Source: a virus | Length of the DNA: 44,447 nucleotides | IMG/VR virus record: IMGVR_UViG_3300002461_000295 | Coordinates: 1-44,447 of that record | Strand: one strand, 5' to 3' | Part shown: positions 26,398 to 35,730 of the stretch, one piece after another | Layout of the letters: every line of letters starts with the position of its first letter | Numbering within the stretch: position 1 is the stretch's first letter | Position numbers and translations under genes: made by a program | The notes under the pieces: model-generated | Told to the model about the DNA's origin: nothing | Databases searched by the model: none | Seen by the model: only the letters and a program-made list of their open reading frames with translations

Positions 26398-28175
26398 GAC
26401 GTGACGACAGGCTCCAGGAAGATCGCGCTGATCGTGGCGGGCAGGGGATAATTTTGCTCGACCGTAACCGTTGCACCTTCCGACCATTTGGCGGACGTGT
26501 TCACGTCAAAATCGCCCGTCAGAAAATCGATTGGCGAGCCGATAGGTTCATCCCGGCGCTGCTTCACTTCGAACATTTCGCCGCCCGTAGGGCCGACCTT
26601 GATCCCGCGCGTGTCGGTTACGCGGATCACCGCCCGCCCGATCATTTGCCGCTTTGCCTGATTGGACCCCTGTTGCCCCTGAAGCGCCAGCGGGAGCGTC
26701 TGGACTTGCCCGCTGAAGGGCAGACCAACCGTCACCATCGAAGCAGCCGTGGGCAGCGTGACAGCGCCGTTTACCACGACCAGGCCGGACGTGACGTTGC
26801 CATCGTAATAGGCCGTTACCGTCTGTCCTTCCAGATGCCAGAGCTTCGACACAGTCGCGGACGGCGGATCAAAGAGCTGCGAGACCGAGCAATCCAGGTG
26901 GCACGCCTGCTTCATGTCGCCGCCCTGAATAATCGGCAGCGCCATGCGTTCAATATAGACGTTGTTGATCCCGGCAAAGGGACGACGAACCGCGAGATAA
27001 AGCCGATCCATGCCGTTTTCAGTGATCGTGCAGACGTCAAGCACATCGCCGCCCATGTCGCAGAGCGTCCAGCCCCAGACCTGTTGCTCTTGCTCCCAGG
27101 TGAAGCACAGCAATTTGCCGTCCGAGCGCGCCGCCCAGATGCACGCATACGGCTCTTGCTGATGGGCCCATGCGACAATGTCGAAGCCCTCGAAAAAATG
27201 CGGGCTGAAGATCGCGACGTTGTTCGACTGATAGCCATCCAGCTCGAACGTATAGCCCAGCGTGCGCACGCTCGACCCTTGGCTTGGCCGATAGAACACA
27301 ATGTTGTCGATCACCAGCGGCCCGAGCCGCGACGATCCGCGTCCGGTTTGACGGCGCGGCACAATCTGTGACGGCGTCAGCGCGACATCGTTCGATCCGC
27401 CATTGATCACAAACACGGCGTCAGACGTCAGCGCCAACAGGTTCTTCATGCTCGCGAGCTGGTTGACCGCGTTGACCCGGCCCGCGACCAGCGCGAAGCT
27501 CAGCGCATCATCGGCCTTGGCCGGACGTGACGTATCCTGATTTTCAAAATCGCCGGACTGTGAGCCGAACACCGCATTGGGCTTTGCCCGCGTGCGCGCC
27601 CACATCAGGCGTTGCTCGAAGAAGGTGACGGTCGAGGGATAGTTATCGGCCCCCTCGAACGGGTTTTGCGCGCGCGGCGGCGTGTCGCTCAGATCGGCGG
27701 CAATGTTGCGATCAGTGAACGTCAGTCCGTCAGTGCCGCCGATATAGCCGAAAATCCCGTTGACGCCCTTATAGACGACATAGCGATCCGCGTCCGCCGC
27801 AGCCGCCCAAGTGATCGTGTTCAGGTGCCCGTTAAGCGTCAGATCGTTGACACAGCTCGCAACCACCGACGCGCGGCTTTCTTGGTTCTTGTCATCGTCG
27901 ATCGCTGTCACGACATAGTTATAGGTTGTCGCGGTATAGCCAGGAACAGATGGCGACCCCGAGGGCGTTGCCGTCAGGGCTGTTGGCGCAACCACCGTTG
28001 GACCGAACGTCACCGTCGTGAACGTCCAGTTGGTATGACCGGCGCGCGTCACCTTGGTTGGCGCGTAATTGATATGCGCAAAATACATCACGTCCGCGCT
28101 TTGCTCGAAATCGAGATCGCGCAGATCGACCGCGTTGTAGGGCGTGCCCGTCGAATAAAGTCGCGCCGCACCCAT
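26394..28175 (-). CDS. Tail tubular protein B / nozzle, C-terminal portion (593 aa)
   Basis: FFEQRLMWA...DALSFALVAGRVNAVNQLASMKNLLALTSDAVFVI parallels the T7 gp12 central region (FFRNRLGFL...DVAVSTNRIAILKYAVPFSEELLIWSDEAQFVL, from memory). Confidence 0.85.
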   Translation of the reverse strand: MGAARLYSTGTPYNAVDLRDLDFEQSADVMYFAHINYAPTKVTRAGHTNWTFTTVTFGPTVVAPTALTATPSGSPSVPGYTATTYNYVVTAIDDDKNQESRASVVASCVNDLTLNGHLNTITWAAAADADRYVVYKGVNGIFGYIGGTDGLTFTDRNIAADLSDTPPRAQNPFEGADNYPSTVTFFEQRLMWARTRAKPNAVFGSQSGDFENQDTSRPAKADDALSFALVAGRVNAVNQLASMKNLLALTSDAVFVINGGSNDVALTPSQIVPRRQTGRGSSRLGPLVIDNIVFYRPSQGSSVRTLGYTFELDGYQSNNVAIFSPHFFEGFDIVAWAHQQEPYACIWAARSDGKLLCFTWEQEQQVWGWTLCDMGGDVLDVCTITENGMDRLYLAVRRPFAGINNVYIERMALPIIQGGDMKQACHLDCSVSQLFDPPSATVSKLWHLEGQTVTAYYDGNVTSGLVVVNGAVTLPTAASMVTVGLPFSGQVQTLPLALQGQQGSNQAKRQMIGRAVIRVTDTRGIKVGPTGGEMFEVKQRRDEPIGSPIDFLTGDFDVNTSAKWSEGATVTVEQNYPLPATISAIFLEPVVTS

Positions 28176-28837
28176 CAGGGGACAACCACCGGAGGAATGA
28201 AATAGACCGGCCCAAACGCATTGCCGCCACCACCGCCACCAACATCAGGCGGGGCAGGCGGCTCAACGACAGGCGGAACAATTGGCGGGGCAGGCGGCGG
28301 GGCAGGGGGGGCGGTGTTAAGTTCGCCGTCCGATGACACAAACGCCGTGAAGCCCGAGCTGTCCACATCAATTTCAACTTGATCGACGTTCGGCACGCTG
28401 ATCACCGTCACCGTGCGACCGTTCAGTTTGACCATGCCAGCGATCCCCGTCAGATACAGCCGTTCGCCCACCGCATAGCCGTGGAACGGGATCGTCAGGA
28501 CGCAGGGGTTGGACTGCGACGCGGCGGTTATCTTCGTGTTCTGTTCGATCACGTAGCCGCCGAGCGCAGCAAATTGCGCAAGGCCTTGGTGCATGATCAA
28601 CACATAGGCTTGGTCAATCGAAAACTGAAAAGGTGCCAGCCGCAGCGGGAGCGCCGGATCGAGCGCCTTTCCAACCAGCCGCGTACCAGGTCGAAAGGTG
28701 ACACCGCCATAGCGCTGGACGATGAAATTGCGCGCCTTGCGCAGCGCGGAATTATACTGGTTCGTGTCTATGCGCCCGTACAGCGCAGGCGCAATTTCAC
28801 CCTTACTGAAATTGGGAAGGACGACTTGGTAGGCCAT
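28175..28837 (-). CDS. 220-aa protein resembling the nozzle N-terminus, ending in a Pro/Gly-rich tail
   Basis: LPNFSKGEIAPALYGRIDTNQYNSALRKARNFIVQRYGGVTFRPGT parallels the T7 gp12 N-terminus (LKGGISQQPDILRYPDQGSRQVNGW...). The tail reads APPAPPPAPPIVPPVVEPPAPPDVGGGGGG. TGATG junction with the next ORF. Confidence 0.7.
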   Translation of the reverse strand: MAYQVVLPNFSKGEIAPALYGRIDTNQYNSALRKARNFIVQRYGGVTFRPGTRLVGKALDPALPLRLAPFQFSIDQAYVLIMHQGLAQFAALGGYVIEQNTKITAASQSNPCVLTIPFHGYAVGERLYLTGIAGMVKLNGRTVTVISVPNVDQVEIDVDSSGFTAFVSSDGELNTAPPAPPPAPPIVPPVVEPPAPPDVGGGGGGNAFGPVYFIPPVVVP

Positions 28838-29487
28838 CAGATACGCGAGAACCGTTCGGGCGCAATCGCGCCAAACCGCACCAGATTGCTTTCGGTAAGC
28901 TGATCCCCATAAGTAGGCTGGTTTCGGTTCAGATCGTTCGCCATCGCGCGCTGTTTCATCCCCTCAGACAGCGTCGCCAGGTCTTTCTCACGCGTTGCGC
29001 TCTTCGTGATCGGCATGCAAATGCGCGCGGCAAGCTCAATCTCGACGATCCGGCTGAAGACGTTCGTGAAATCAGCCTCAGTGATATCGAGCGAGGTATA
29101 TTCGAGAACAGCAGCTTCGACCGTCGAATAGATCACCCCGCCCACTTGCTCGAACATTTTCAGGCCGGGCACGCGCCACGCCCAGCCGCCATAGCCAGCG
29201 CCGTCAACCGTTGTCGTCTTCACGGGATAGGCAAGATCATCGGGCTTGGCATAGGCATATTGCCATTCGCCCAGACGATCGTTCGTCACCACCGCCAGCG
29301 CCACGCGCCGGGTTGCGAGGCCCCAATGATACATTTCCAGCAGCTCAGCCACCAAGGGCTTGTAAGCGCGGCGGCACTCACGCGCTTCAATGGACTGTTC
29401 GACGATCGAAGCGACCGGCTCAGCAGGCAGCATTTGAAGCGCCTTGTTCCAGATCAGGACGTCAGAGATTGGAACCTTGAAGGACAT
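28837..29487 (-). CDS. Tail tubular protein A / adaptor (gp11-like, 216 aa)
   Basis: The N-terminal pattern ISDVLIWNKALQMLPAEPVASI...CRRAYKPLVAELLEMYHWGLA parallels T7 gp11 (VNDILASIGEPPVSTLE...RILNKINRQIQSRGWTF). Size and position agree. Confidence 0.75.
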   Translation of the reverse strand: MSFKVPISDVLIWNKALQMLPAEPVASIVEQSIEARECRRAYKPLVAELLEMYHWGLATRRVALAVVTNDRLGEWQYAYAKPDDLAYPVKTTTVDGAGYGGWAWRVPGLKMFEQVGGVIYSTVEAAVLEYTSLDITEADFTNVFSRIVEIELAARICMPITKSATREKDLATLSEGMKQRAMANDLNRNQPTYGDQLTESNLVRFGAIAPERFSRI

Positions 29488-29529
29488 GCCGAGCTTCCTA
29501 TCAATTCAGCGCCACCAAGGCAAACCGGG

Positions 29530-30192
29530 CTATCCCGAAACGCGCTCAATAATAACGACGCCGCCGCCGCCAGCGCCACCGCCTGCCGTCGTCCCGACGC
29601 CACCACCGCCGCCAGAGCCGTACCCCGTGGCAGCAAAGCCAGCGCCAAAGCCAGCGCCAGAACCGCCGCCCGCGCCGCCAAACGGGCTTGCCGCGCCACT
29701 TCCGCCAACGCCCGTTGTAGTGCCCGAAAAGATAGCTGGATCGCCGCGTCCGCCCGCTTGGTTGATTGCAGGCGCGCCCGTGACAGTGCCGCCCGCACCG
29801 CCGACATTGTTCGTGCTTGATCCGCTGGTTGATCCAATGCCGCCAGCGCCGCCGCCCGCCGTGATTGACACAGGCGTATCGATAACAGCACTCCCGCCCG
29901 TGGAGCCGTTACCGCCCGCGCTCGATCCGCCACCGCCGCCCGCGTTGATCGTGATCGTGACGCCCGTTGATGGCGCTACGCCGGTAAAAGTGCCTTCGGC
30001 ATAAGCGCCCGCACCGCCACCAGAGCCGCTTGCTCCGGCACCGTTTGCACCACCACCGCCGCCGCCGCCGCCGACCATACGGTAACGATAGACGGTTGAC
30101 GCGGTGCTGTTTGCAGGCGTGGTGAATGTCCCCGAAGCCGAAAAAACAGTTTGGGCAAATTCGTCGATTGCAGGAGGAGACGAGAAACTCAT
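29530..30192 (-). CDS. Glycine-rich structural protein (220 aa)
   Basis: A short globular N-terminus is followed by Gly-rich segments such as MVGGGGGGGGANGAGASGSGGGAGAY and ITINAGGGGGSSAGGNGSTGG. It lies in the structural operon. Confidence 0.75.
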   Translation of the reverse strand: MSFSSPPAIDEFAQTVFSASGTFTTPANSTASTVYRYRMVGGGGGGGGANGAGASGSGGGAGAYAEGTFTGVAPSTGVTITINAGGGGGSSAGGNGSTGGSAVIDTPVSITAGGGAGGIGSTSGSSTNNVGGAGGTVTGAPAINQAGGRGDPAIFSGTTTGVGGSGAASPFGGAGGGSGAGFGAGFAATGYGSGGGGGVGTTAGGGAGGGGVVIIERVSG

Positions 30193-30195
30193 GTC

Positions 30196-30627
30196 CTACC
30201 ACTCCCGCGCGGCAAAGGCTTGACCCGTGGTCGCACCGATGATCGAAATTGCGGCGAGCGTGGTGAAGCTCGCCGGGCTTTCATAGCTCTCGCCGGGCTT
30301 CAGCTCGAAAGAGGGCTGACTTACAACCGCCCCGCCCCCAATCTCGTTAAACCAGAGCGAGGCGGAAGACAGGTTCTTGATCGACCAGCCCCGGCGCGCC
30401 GTGTTCGCGGCCATCAGGCTTTGTGCCGTCCCGCCCGTCGTGATCGTACCGCTTCGATTGGTTGCCGTGCCGCCAATGACCGTGTTGCCAGGCGTGACAG
30501 GCGTGCCGTCTTCATTGCGCTGGACGAACGCCGACAGGATATAGGAGCCAGCATCGCCAGCCGGGTTTGCAGCGGTAATGCGCACGCCCAGCGTGCCCGT
30601 GATCGGATTGTAGAGCAAAGCGGCCAT
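30196..30627 (-). CDS. Hypothetical structural protein (143 aa)
   Basis: GAGGGTG SD and beta-rich sequence. First gene after the intrinsic terminator. Confidence 0.7.
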   Translation of the reverse strand: MAALLYNPITGTLGVRITAANPAGDAGSYILSAFVQRNEDGTPVTPGNTVIGGTATNRSGTITTGGTAQSLMAANTARRGWSIKNLSSASLWFNEIGGGAVVSQPSFELKPGESYESPASFTTLAAISIIGATTGQAFAAREW

Positions 30628-30636
30628 GTCGCACCC

Positions 30637-30667
30637 TCAAAAGAGGCCGGGACACATGGCCCCGGCC
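30637..30667 (-). terminator. Intrinsic terminator after the capsid module
   Basis: The minus-strand RNA reads GGCCGGG-gccaugugu-CCCGGCC followed by UCUUUUG. It lies 8 nt downstream of the stop of 30675..31298. Confidence 0.75.
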
Positions 30668-30674
30668 CCGTTGG

Positions 30675-31298
30675 TTATTCCGTGCCGAGCTTTTCGATTG
30701 CAAGCTCGATCGCGTTCTGGACGCCGGTACGCGGCTGTTCGCGATCCTGTTCGGCGGCGCGGACGGCATTGAGCTGTTCGCGCGTCAGGCCTTCGAGGCG
30801 AGCCGCCACTTCAGGCACCGTGCCGTTGATGACCGCGTCAGCCGCAAAGGCAGCAGGATCAGCGGCGGGATCAGCAGCCGCCGTTGCCGCAGCTTCCGCC
30901 CGGAAGCGCGCCAGCTCAGCAGCATCGTCCGAACCCAGCACTGTGGGGAACGCGGCTTCAGCGCCGGGCACACCATCAGCGAGGCGGCGCACGGGCGCTT
31001 CCTCTTCGACAGCGCCTTCAGCCGTCATGTCCGCGCCGTTGCCGTCAACGAACCCGGTTGCCGTTTGAAACGCGCCGGGCATCGTCTGTTGCGGCATGGT
31101 TGGCGACGGACCCGTTGGCGCAATCGCTGCGATCGGCGCGCTGACAGGAAGGCGAACGCTACCCACATCGGCAATGTTGGACGTGTTGCCCGTCAGATCG
31201 ACCTTGTCGGTGTCGATCGTGATGACCGTACCAACCGGCACCAACCGGCCACCATGAAACGAAATATCAGTCGTCACTTTTTGTACGAGATTGCCCAC
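30675..31298 (-). CDS. Hypothetical head-associated protein (207 aa) with Ala/Asp-rich linker and HeH/SAP-like C-terminus
   Basis: GTG 31298 with a GAAAGGA SD. The C-terminal TVPEVAARLEGLTREQLNAVRAAEQ is a helix-extension-helix-like motif. Confidence 0.7.
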   Translation of the reverse strand: MGNLVQKVTTDISFHGGRLVPVGTVITIDTDKVDLTGNTSNIADVGSVRLPVSAPIAAIAPTGPSPTMPQQTMPGAFQTATGFVDGNGADMTAEGAVEEEAPVRRLADGVPGAEAAFPTVLGSDDAAELARFRAEAAATAAADPAADPAAFAADAVINGTVPEVAARLEGLTREQLNAVRAAEQDREQPRTGVQNAIELAIEKLGTE

Positions 31299-31361
31299 GG
31301 CAAAAATCCTTTCTTCGCTTGATCAAACCAGTGACGCGGACCCGAAAGCCCGCGCCGCCGA

Positions 31362-31796
31362 TTAGAGGCCCGTGACGCTTGGCACGTAGGGGTTGGCGTC
31401 CGTATCGGACAGAAGGAACGCCGAGACCTTGCCCGTGCCCGCGCTGCGATCGCCAACCAGGACGTACCGCACGCCGACATAGCGCTTGGTATTGTCCGGG
31501 AGCTGGACGTCCCAGAGCTTTGCGCCCGCGACCGCAGCGGCTTCCGCCGTGACGGGGCCGCTCAGCAGGACGTCGGGCGACGACATATCCGCGTTGGCCG
31601 ACTGGATATAGACCGGCTGGATCGACGTGCCGCCCGTCAGCGTGGTCTCCACCACAACGAGCAACCGCATCGGCTGGCCGCGCCCGAGGTTGCGGTTGGC
31701 GGAAAGCAGATCAACATTGTTCGTCGAAAGCACCGTGCTTGCGACAAGCGCCACCGTTTGCGCGTTCGACAAACGAAGCTGTGCGTCAGTAATCAT
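31362..31796 (-). CDS. Capsid decoration / cement protein candidate (144 aa)
   Basis: Small beta-rich protein directly downstream of the major capsid gene. Order and size match the cement protein of BPP-1-like podoviruses as I recall them (inference). Confidence 0.7.
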   Translation of the reverse strand: MITDAQLRLSNAQTVALVASTVLSTNNVDLLSANRNLGRGQPMRLLVVVETTLTGGTSIQPVYIQSANADMSSPDVLLSGPVTAEAAAVAGAKLWDVQLPDNTKRYVGVRYVLVGDRSAGTGKVSAFLLSDTDANPYVPSVTGL

Positions 31797-31854
31797 GTTC
31801 TTGTGCCCTTTCTCTTGCAGCGAACGAGGCGAGGCAACCGCCCCGCCCCATCGA

Positions 31855-32895
31855 TTAGCTGACTTGCGTTTCGTTGACGTTCAGCGCGTCAGTGCGACGG
31901 ATCGGAATATCGTCGAACATCAGCGTCGAGCTTTTGCCCTGCTCACTCAGCGAGAGGAAGGTGTTCTTCTTCTCGACGAGCTGTTGACGCAGGAACGAAC
32001 GGATCACGCGCGGCATGTAGAAGGCGATACGCACGCCCTCGGTGCCTTCGATCGTTTCCAGCGCCCGGATCATCAGGTTCTGAAGATACGGACCCGTGGC
32101 AGCGTTGAACGTCAACGCCGTTGGATCGATATTGCAGATACGCACGGCATAGCGCCAATCCTTGACCATCAGGCCGCAGCGCCACAGCCAGTGATCGCGA
32201 TAACCCATGTAGAGGTTGCCGTTCGCATCCTGAAGCGCCTGCCCAGGCGGAAAGCCATCGCCCGGCCCGCTGCCAGCAGCAGGCGAGGTTGCGTCTTCGT
32301 GCCCGAGACCGCCCTTCGTGTTCTTCGGATAGATTCCCGTGATGGTATCTTCCGACCAGGCAATCAGCCAGATCGAGCGCAGCGCCGAGCCGGTGCCGCC
32401 AGCGCTGATCACGTTGTTGGCCGTCTGGGACGTCGCGGTCGAGAGGCTGTTATAGCGCGGCGCGAGGCCGGTGAAGCCCTTCGGATCAGCGAGCGCGTTG
32501 CCGTAAAAAACCTGTTGCGCCATCTTGTGCGCAAACCCGATCATGTGCGGCTTCGCCTGCTTCAGACGATAGGCGTTCACGTTGCCGGACAGAACAGCCA
32601 GCTCGCGATCCGTCTGGCTGAAATCTTCCAGCAGCGAACAGGTCTCTTCGATCGGCGTGGTGCCGCCCTTGGAGACGGGGACGCCTTCGTTGATCGCGCG
32701 GAACGTCGGCACGGGCAGCGCCGTGCGCACGCTATCGCGGTGCCCGGTGACGAGGTTGCCTTCCATCCACGTCATGTCCTGAAGCACTTCGGTATGCTGC
32801 GTCAGGACTTCGGCAGTATCAAGCTGCGAACCGTCCGGCGCGAGTTGCTTCAGAACATCAATCAGCGTGTCAACGCCGGAACCAATAACAGCCAT
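31855..32895 (-). CDS. Major capsid protein (346 aa)
   Basis: Position after the scaffold gene, size, and sequence pattern typical of HK97-fold podovirus coat proteins. Strong SD. Confidence 0.9.
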   Translation of the reverse strand: MAVIGSGVDTLIDVLKQLAPDGSQLDTAEVLTQHTEVLQDMTWMEGNLVTGHRDSVRTALPVPTFRAINEGVPVSKGGTTPIEETCSLLEDFSQTDRELAVLSGNVNAYRLKQAKPHMIGFAHKMAQQVFYGNALADPKGFTGLAPRYNSLSTATSQTANNVISAGGTGSALRSIWLIAWSEDTITGIYPKNTKGGLGHEDATSPAAGSGPGDGFPPGQALQDANGNLYMGYRDHWLWRCGLMVKDWRYAVRICNIDPTALTFNAATGPYLQNLMIRALETIEGTEGVRIAFYMPRVIRSFLRQQLVEKKNTFLSLSEQGKSSTLMFDDIPIRRTDALNVNETQVS

Positions 32896-32913
32896 CTTAT
32901 GCCCTTTCTTCGT

Positions 32914-33744
32914 TTAACTACCGTAATACTTTTCTTCGCGGCTCTTCGGCGTGTTGGGAGTGCCGTCACTACGCTCGAAGTCCGTATCTTCCGAAATCAG
33001 CGCGCCCGCCTGATAGGCCATGCGCACCATTGCCGGATGATTGCCCAAGCCCGTGGACTTCAAGAAATCGCGGAACGTGCCCGGCGATCCATCGGCCTTT
33101 GCGGCTGGATAAAGCTGCGTCCCGCCAAAGCGATCAATCGCCTTCGCCGCCGTCGCAAGAACCGTGTCGCGATCCTTGCCCTCAAAGGCGGGATCGGGCT
33201 TTGCATCGACCATGACGGGCTTGCCATCGGCCATGACCGGCGCGCCGTTCGCATCGAGCGAAGGCACCTTGCCGCCGTTGATCGCAAGCGTCGTTGCCTG
33301 ATCCCAGGCCGCGCGCTGCGTGACGACTTCAGCGATGATCCCGTCCGAAACCTGTTTCTGGACGATCGGCAGGCCTTCGCTCGCAATCTTTGCCAGCCCG
33401 GCAGGCGACAGGTTCAGTTCTTTGGCCGTGGGCGTGATCGCAGCCAGCGCTTCCGTGTCGATGACCGTGCCCTCAGGTAGCACGCCCGTCAGATCATAGT
33501 CGCCTTCAGGCGCACCGATCAGAACAGGTTCATCGGACTTCGCTTCGCCATCAGGCGCGGCGTCGTCCTTTGGCGCATCGTCCTTTGAAACTTCGCCGTC
33601 CGGCGCATCCCCGAGCGCGGAAGGCGCATCGAGAGGATCACTCGGCGCTATAATCGAGGAAGGTGAAGCCGTTGTTGCGCTCGCGTCCGTCGGGTTCGCC
33701 GGTTCCGAGTTCGTCACGTCTGTCACTGGTGCTTCGTCTGCCAT
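32914..33744 (-). CDS. Scaffolding protein (276 aa)
   Basis: Acidic, Ala/Pro/Asp-rich, low-complexity N-terminus between portal and capsid genes. ATG 33744 has a GGAG SD 7 nt upstream. Confidence 0.75.
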   Translation of the reverse strand: MADEAPVTDVTNSEPANPTDASATTASPSSIIAPSDPLDAPSALGDAPDGEVSKDDAPKDDAAPDGEAKSDEPVLIGAPEGDYDLTGVLPEGTVIDTEALAAITPTAKELNLSPAGLAKIASEGLPIVQKQVSDGIIAEVVTQRAAWDQATTLAINGGKVPSLDANGAPVMADGKPVMVDAKPDPAFEGKDRDTVLATAAKAIDRFGGTQLYPAAKADGSPGTFRDFLKSTGLGNHPAMVRMAYQAGALISEDTDFERSDGTPNTPKSREEKYYGS

Positions 33745-34024
33745 TCGGGGTCTCCATTCGGGTTTTCTGTTCCTCGCTCAGAACAGCAAGCAGGGCGTCT
33801 GGATCGACGCTTTGCATCGTTGCGAGGATATCTAAACCCAGAGACCTTCGCCCCTCCCACCAAGGGAGATTGCGACCATCGGCTCCGTAGCTTCCCCGCA
33901 ATACGTTTGCGTCCATCAAAACGCAATACACAAATCGGCGGAAGCGCGCGTCGTTCAGCAGCGCCCGCATGTCCGACGATAGAAGCTGTTGGCGCGTTAT
34001 TCGCGGCGCGCGCGCTTCACTCAT
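33638..34024 (-). CDS. Conserved head-module protein (128 aa, Bbp19-like position)
   Basis: ATGA overlap with the portal stop. The globular N-terminal ~90 aa are followed by 107 nt that overlap the scaffold gene out of frame. Confidence 0.65.
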   Translation of the reverse strand: MSEARAPRITRQQLLSSDMRALLNDARFRRFVYCVLMDANVLRGSYGADGRNLPWWEGRRSLGLDILATMQSVDPDALLAVLSEEQKTRMETPNGRRSTSDRRDELGTGEPDGRERNNGFTFLDYSAE

Positions 34025-35730
34025 TGCGCACCCATCACGCGCTCAAGCATATTCTGTCCGCCGACGTCGGTGCGGCTCAGCAGCTCAGCGGCTTGCGCGC
34101 CGTCCGCCATTGCGGGCATTGCGGCCAACGCCTGTTGCCGTTGCTCAGCGGCTTGACGATCCGCGCGCAGCTTGGCGACGACTTCGTCAGTGCGGATAAT
34201 CTTTGGCGGCGTGCCCGCGCCCGTGGCAAATTCGTCGATTGCCTGATCCGCGTCAAACTTGTCGGCAGCGCCAGGAAACAGCCCGGCGAGGAAACCGACG
34301 AATTGCGCTTGGCGCTGGATCGAGTTGAGGCCAACCGCGCGCTGCGCTTGCGCCAGCGTCGAAATGAAATCGATTTTCAGCGGCTCCCCTTGCAGCTCTT
34401 GCGGCGGCGGCGGAAGCTGGCCGGTCTTTTCGAGGATCGAGAAGGCGCGGTCGATCGCCACTTCCAGCTTTTCGATATTCACGCGCTCAACGACCGGCCC
34501 GAGCTGCGTCAGCTTTTCCTCATTGCGAAGGAACAGCTCTTGTTCATTGCGCGGCTGCACGCCTTCCATTTCGCTGATCGCCATGAACAGATCGGCATAG
34601 AAGCATTCCATCACGTCGCGGCCATGCGCCTCGACTTCCTCACGCACCGCTTGAACCGCGCGATAGTCCGGCACCAGCAGCGGCTTGACAGCGCCCAGAT
34701 CAGCCGCCGACGCATAAGTAATCGAGCCGGGATCGAGCGTGAGATAGGTGTTCGTCATGCCCGTGGGCGCGCCCATCGGCGGCTTGTTCAGCATGTCAAC
34801 GGCGCGGCCCCGGCGCTTGGCGGCAAGCTGAAGCTCGCGCAGATCGGGCAGGGAGTCATAACCAGGCCCGTCCCCATAGACGAACGATCCGCCAGTCTCG
34901 ACCCAACGCGGTGCCCAGAAGGGCTTGTCGTCGAAGCCGCTATCGCGCAGCAGGACGCTCTTGTTGCCGTTGCCCTCTTCCCACCAGATCGAGCGCCACG
35001 CCTTGTTGCGACGATCCTCTTTGCCCGGCTCGCGCCGATCGTTCGGCTCGATCGCATGAAACACGCGCACCACTTCCTGATAGCGCGAATTGTTATAGGC
35101 GTTCTGGACAGTTTTCGAGAGCTTTGACCACGGGAACGATTGAACCATTTGGTTCACCGTCATCATGACAACGCGGTAAAGCGTATCAGCGATCAGCCCG
35201 TCATCGTTCGCAATCCAATATTCCCCCGCCGTCAGAGGATGACACACCGCCCCATAGATCGAGTGTTCGAGCATGACGGTCGCTTCAGTGCCGAAGCAGC
35301 CCAGCTCAGCATAACCAATCTTGGCGGCGTTGTAGAAGTTGGTCGAAGCCAGAAAGTTGTAGATCAGCCGCTCGACGACCGCGATCCATTCCTTGACCGG
35401 CTGAAACTCCATCATGTCCTTGTCGCGCGTTTCCAGCTTGAACCAAGGGCGCGAAGGGGATGACAGACCGGACGTCATGCCGCCCGTCAGGATACGTGCA
35501 GCGCGCCGCCCCTTGGACGAATACATCGACGTGTTCGCGCGGCGGCGGCGATTGGACGACACCGGCACGCCCGTTCCATACATCGACATGCCGGATTGGC
35601 CGAGCATTTCAGCCCGCGCGGGCAGGACCAGCCGGGAAATCTCTTCCCAATCCTGTTCATAGGGCGCGCGCACCGACCGCATTCCGGCAAGGCGGCGCTC
35701 ACAAAGCTCGCGGCGGGTTGGCTCAGCCAT
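34021..35730 (-). CDS. Portal protein (569 aa from ATG 35730)
   Basis: Size, position after TerL, and sequence pattern of podovirus head-to-tail connector proteins. The ORF-track start is TTG 35745, while ATG 35730 gives a TAATG junction. Confidence 0.9.
   Translation of the reverse strand: MAEPTRRELCERRLAGMRSVRAPYEQDWEEISRLVLPARAEMLGQSGMSMYGTGVPVSSNRRRRANTSMYSSKGRRAARILTGGMTSGLSSPSRPWFKLETRDKDMMEFQPVKEWIAVVERLIYNFLASTNFYNAAKIGYAELGCFGTEATVMLEHSIYGAVCHPLTAGEYWIANDDGLIADTLYRVVMMTVNQMVQSFPWSKLSKTVQNAYNNSRYQEVVRVFHAIEPNDRREPGKEDRRNKAWRSIWWEEGNGNKSVLLRDSGFDDKPFWAPRWVETGGSFVYGDGPGYDSLPDLRELQLAAKRRGRAVDMLNKPPMGAPTGMTNTYLTLDPGSITYASAADLGAVKPLLVPDYRAVQAVREEVEAHGRDVMECFYADLFMAISEMEGVQPRNEQELFLRNEEKLTQLGPVVERVNIEKLEVAIDRAFSILEKTGQLPPPPQELQGEPLKIDFISTLAQAQRAVGLNSIQRQAQFVGFLAGLFPGAADKFDADQAIDEFATGAGTPPKIIRTDEVVAKLRADRQAAEQRQQALAAMPAMADGAQAAELLSRTDVGGQNMLERVMGAQ

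Noticed and set aside
29444-30004. Pro-rich 186-aa plus-strand ORF (PPPPAPPPAVVPTPPPPPEP...).
   Set aside because: It is the mirror image of the Gly-rich minus-strand gene 29530..30192 (GGN codons read as NCC). That gene sits in the structural operon with proper spacing to its neighbours.
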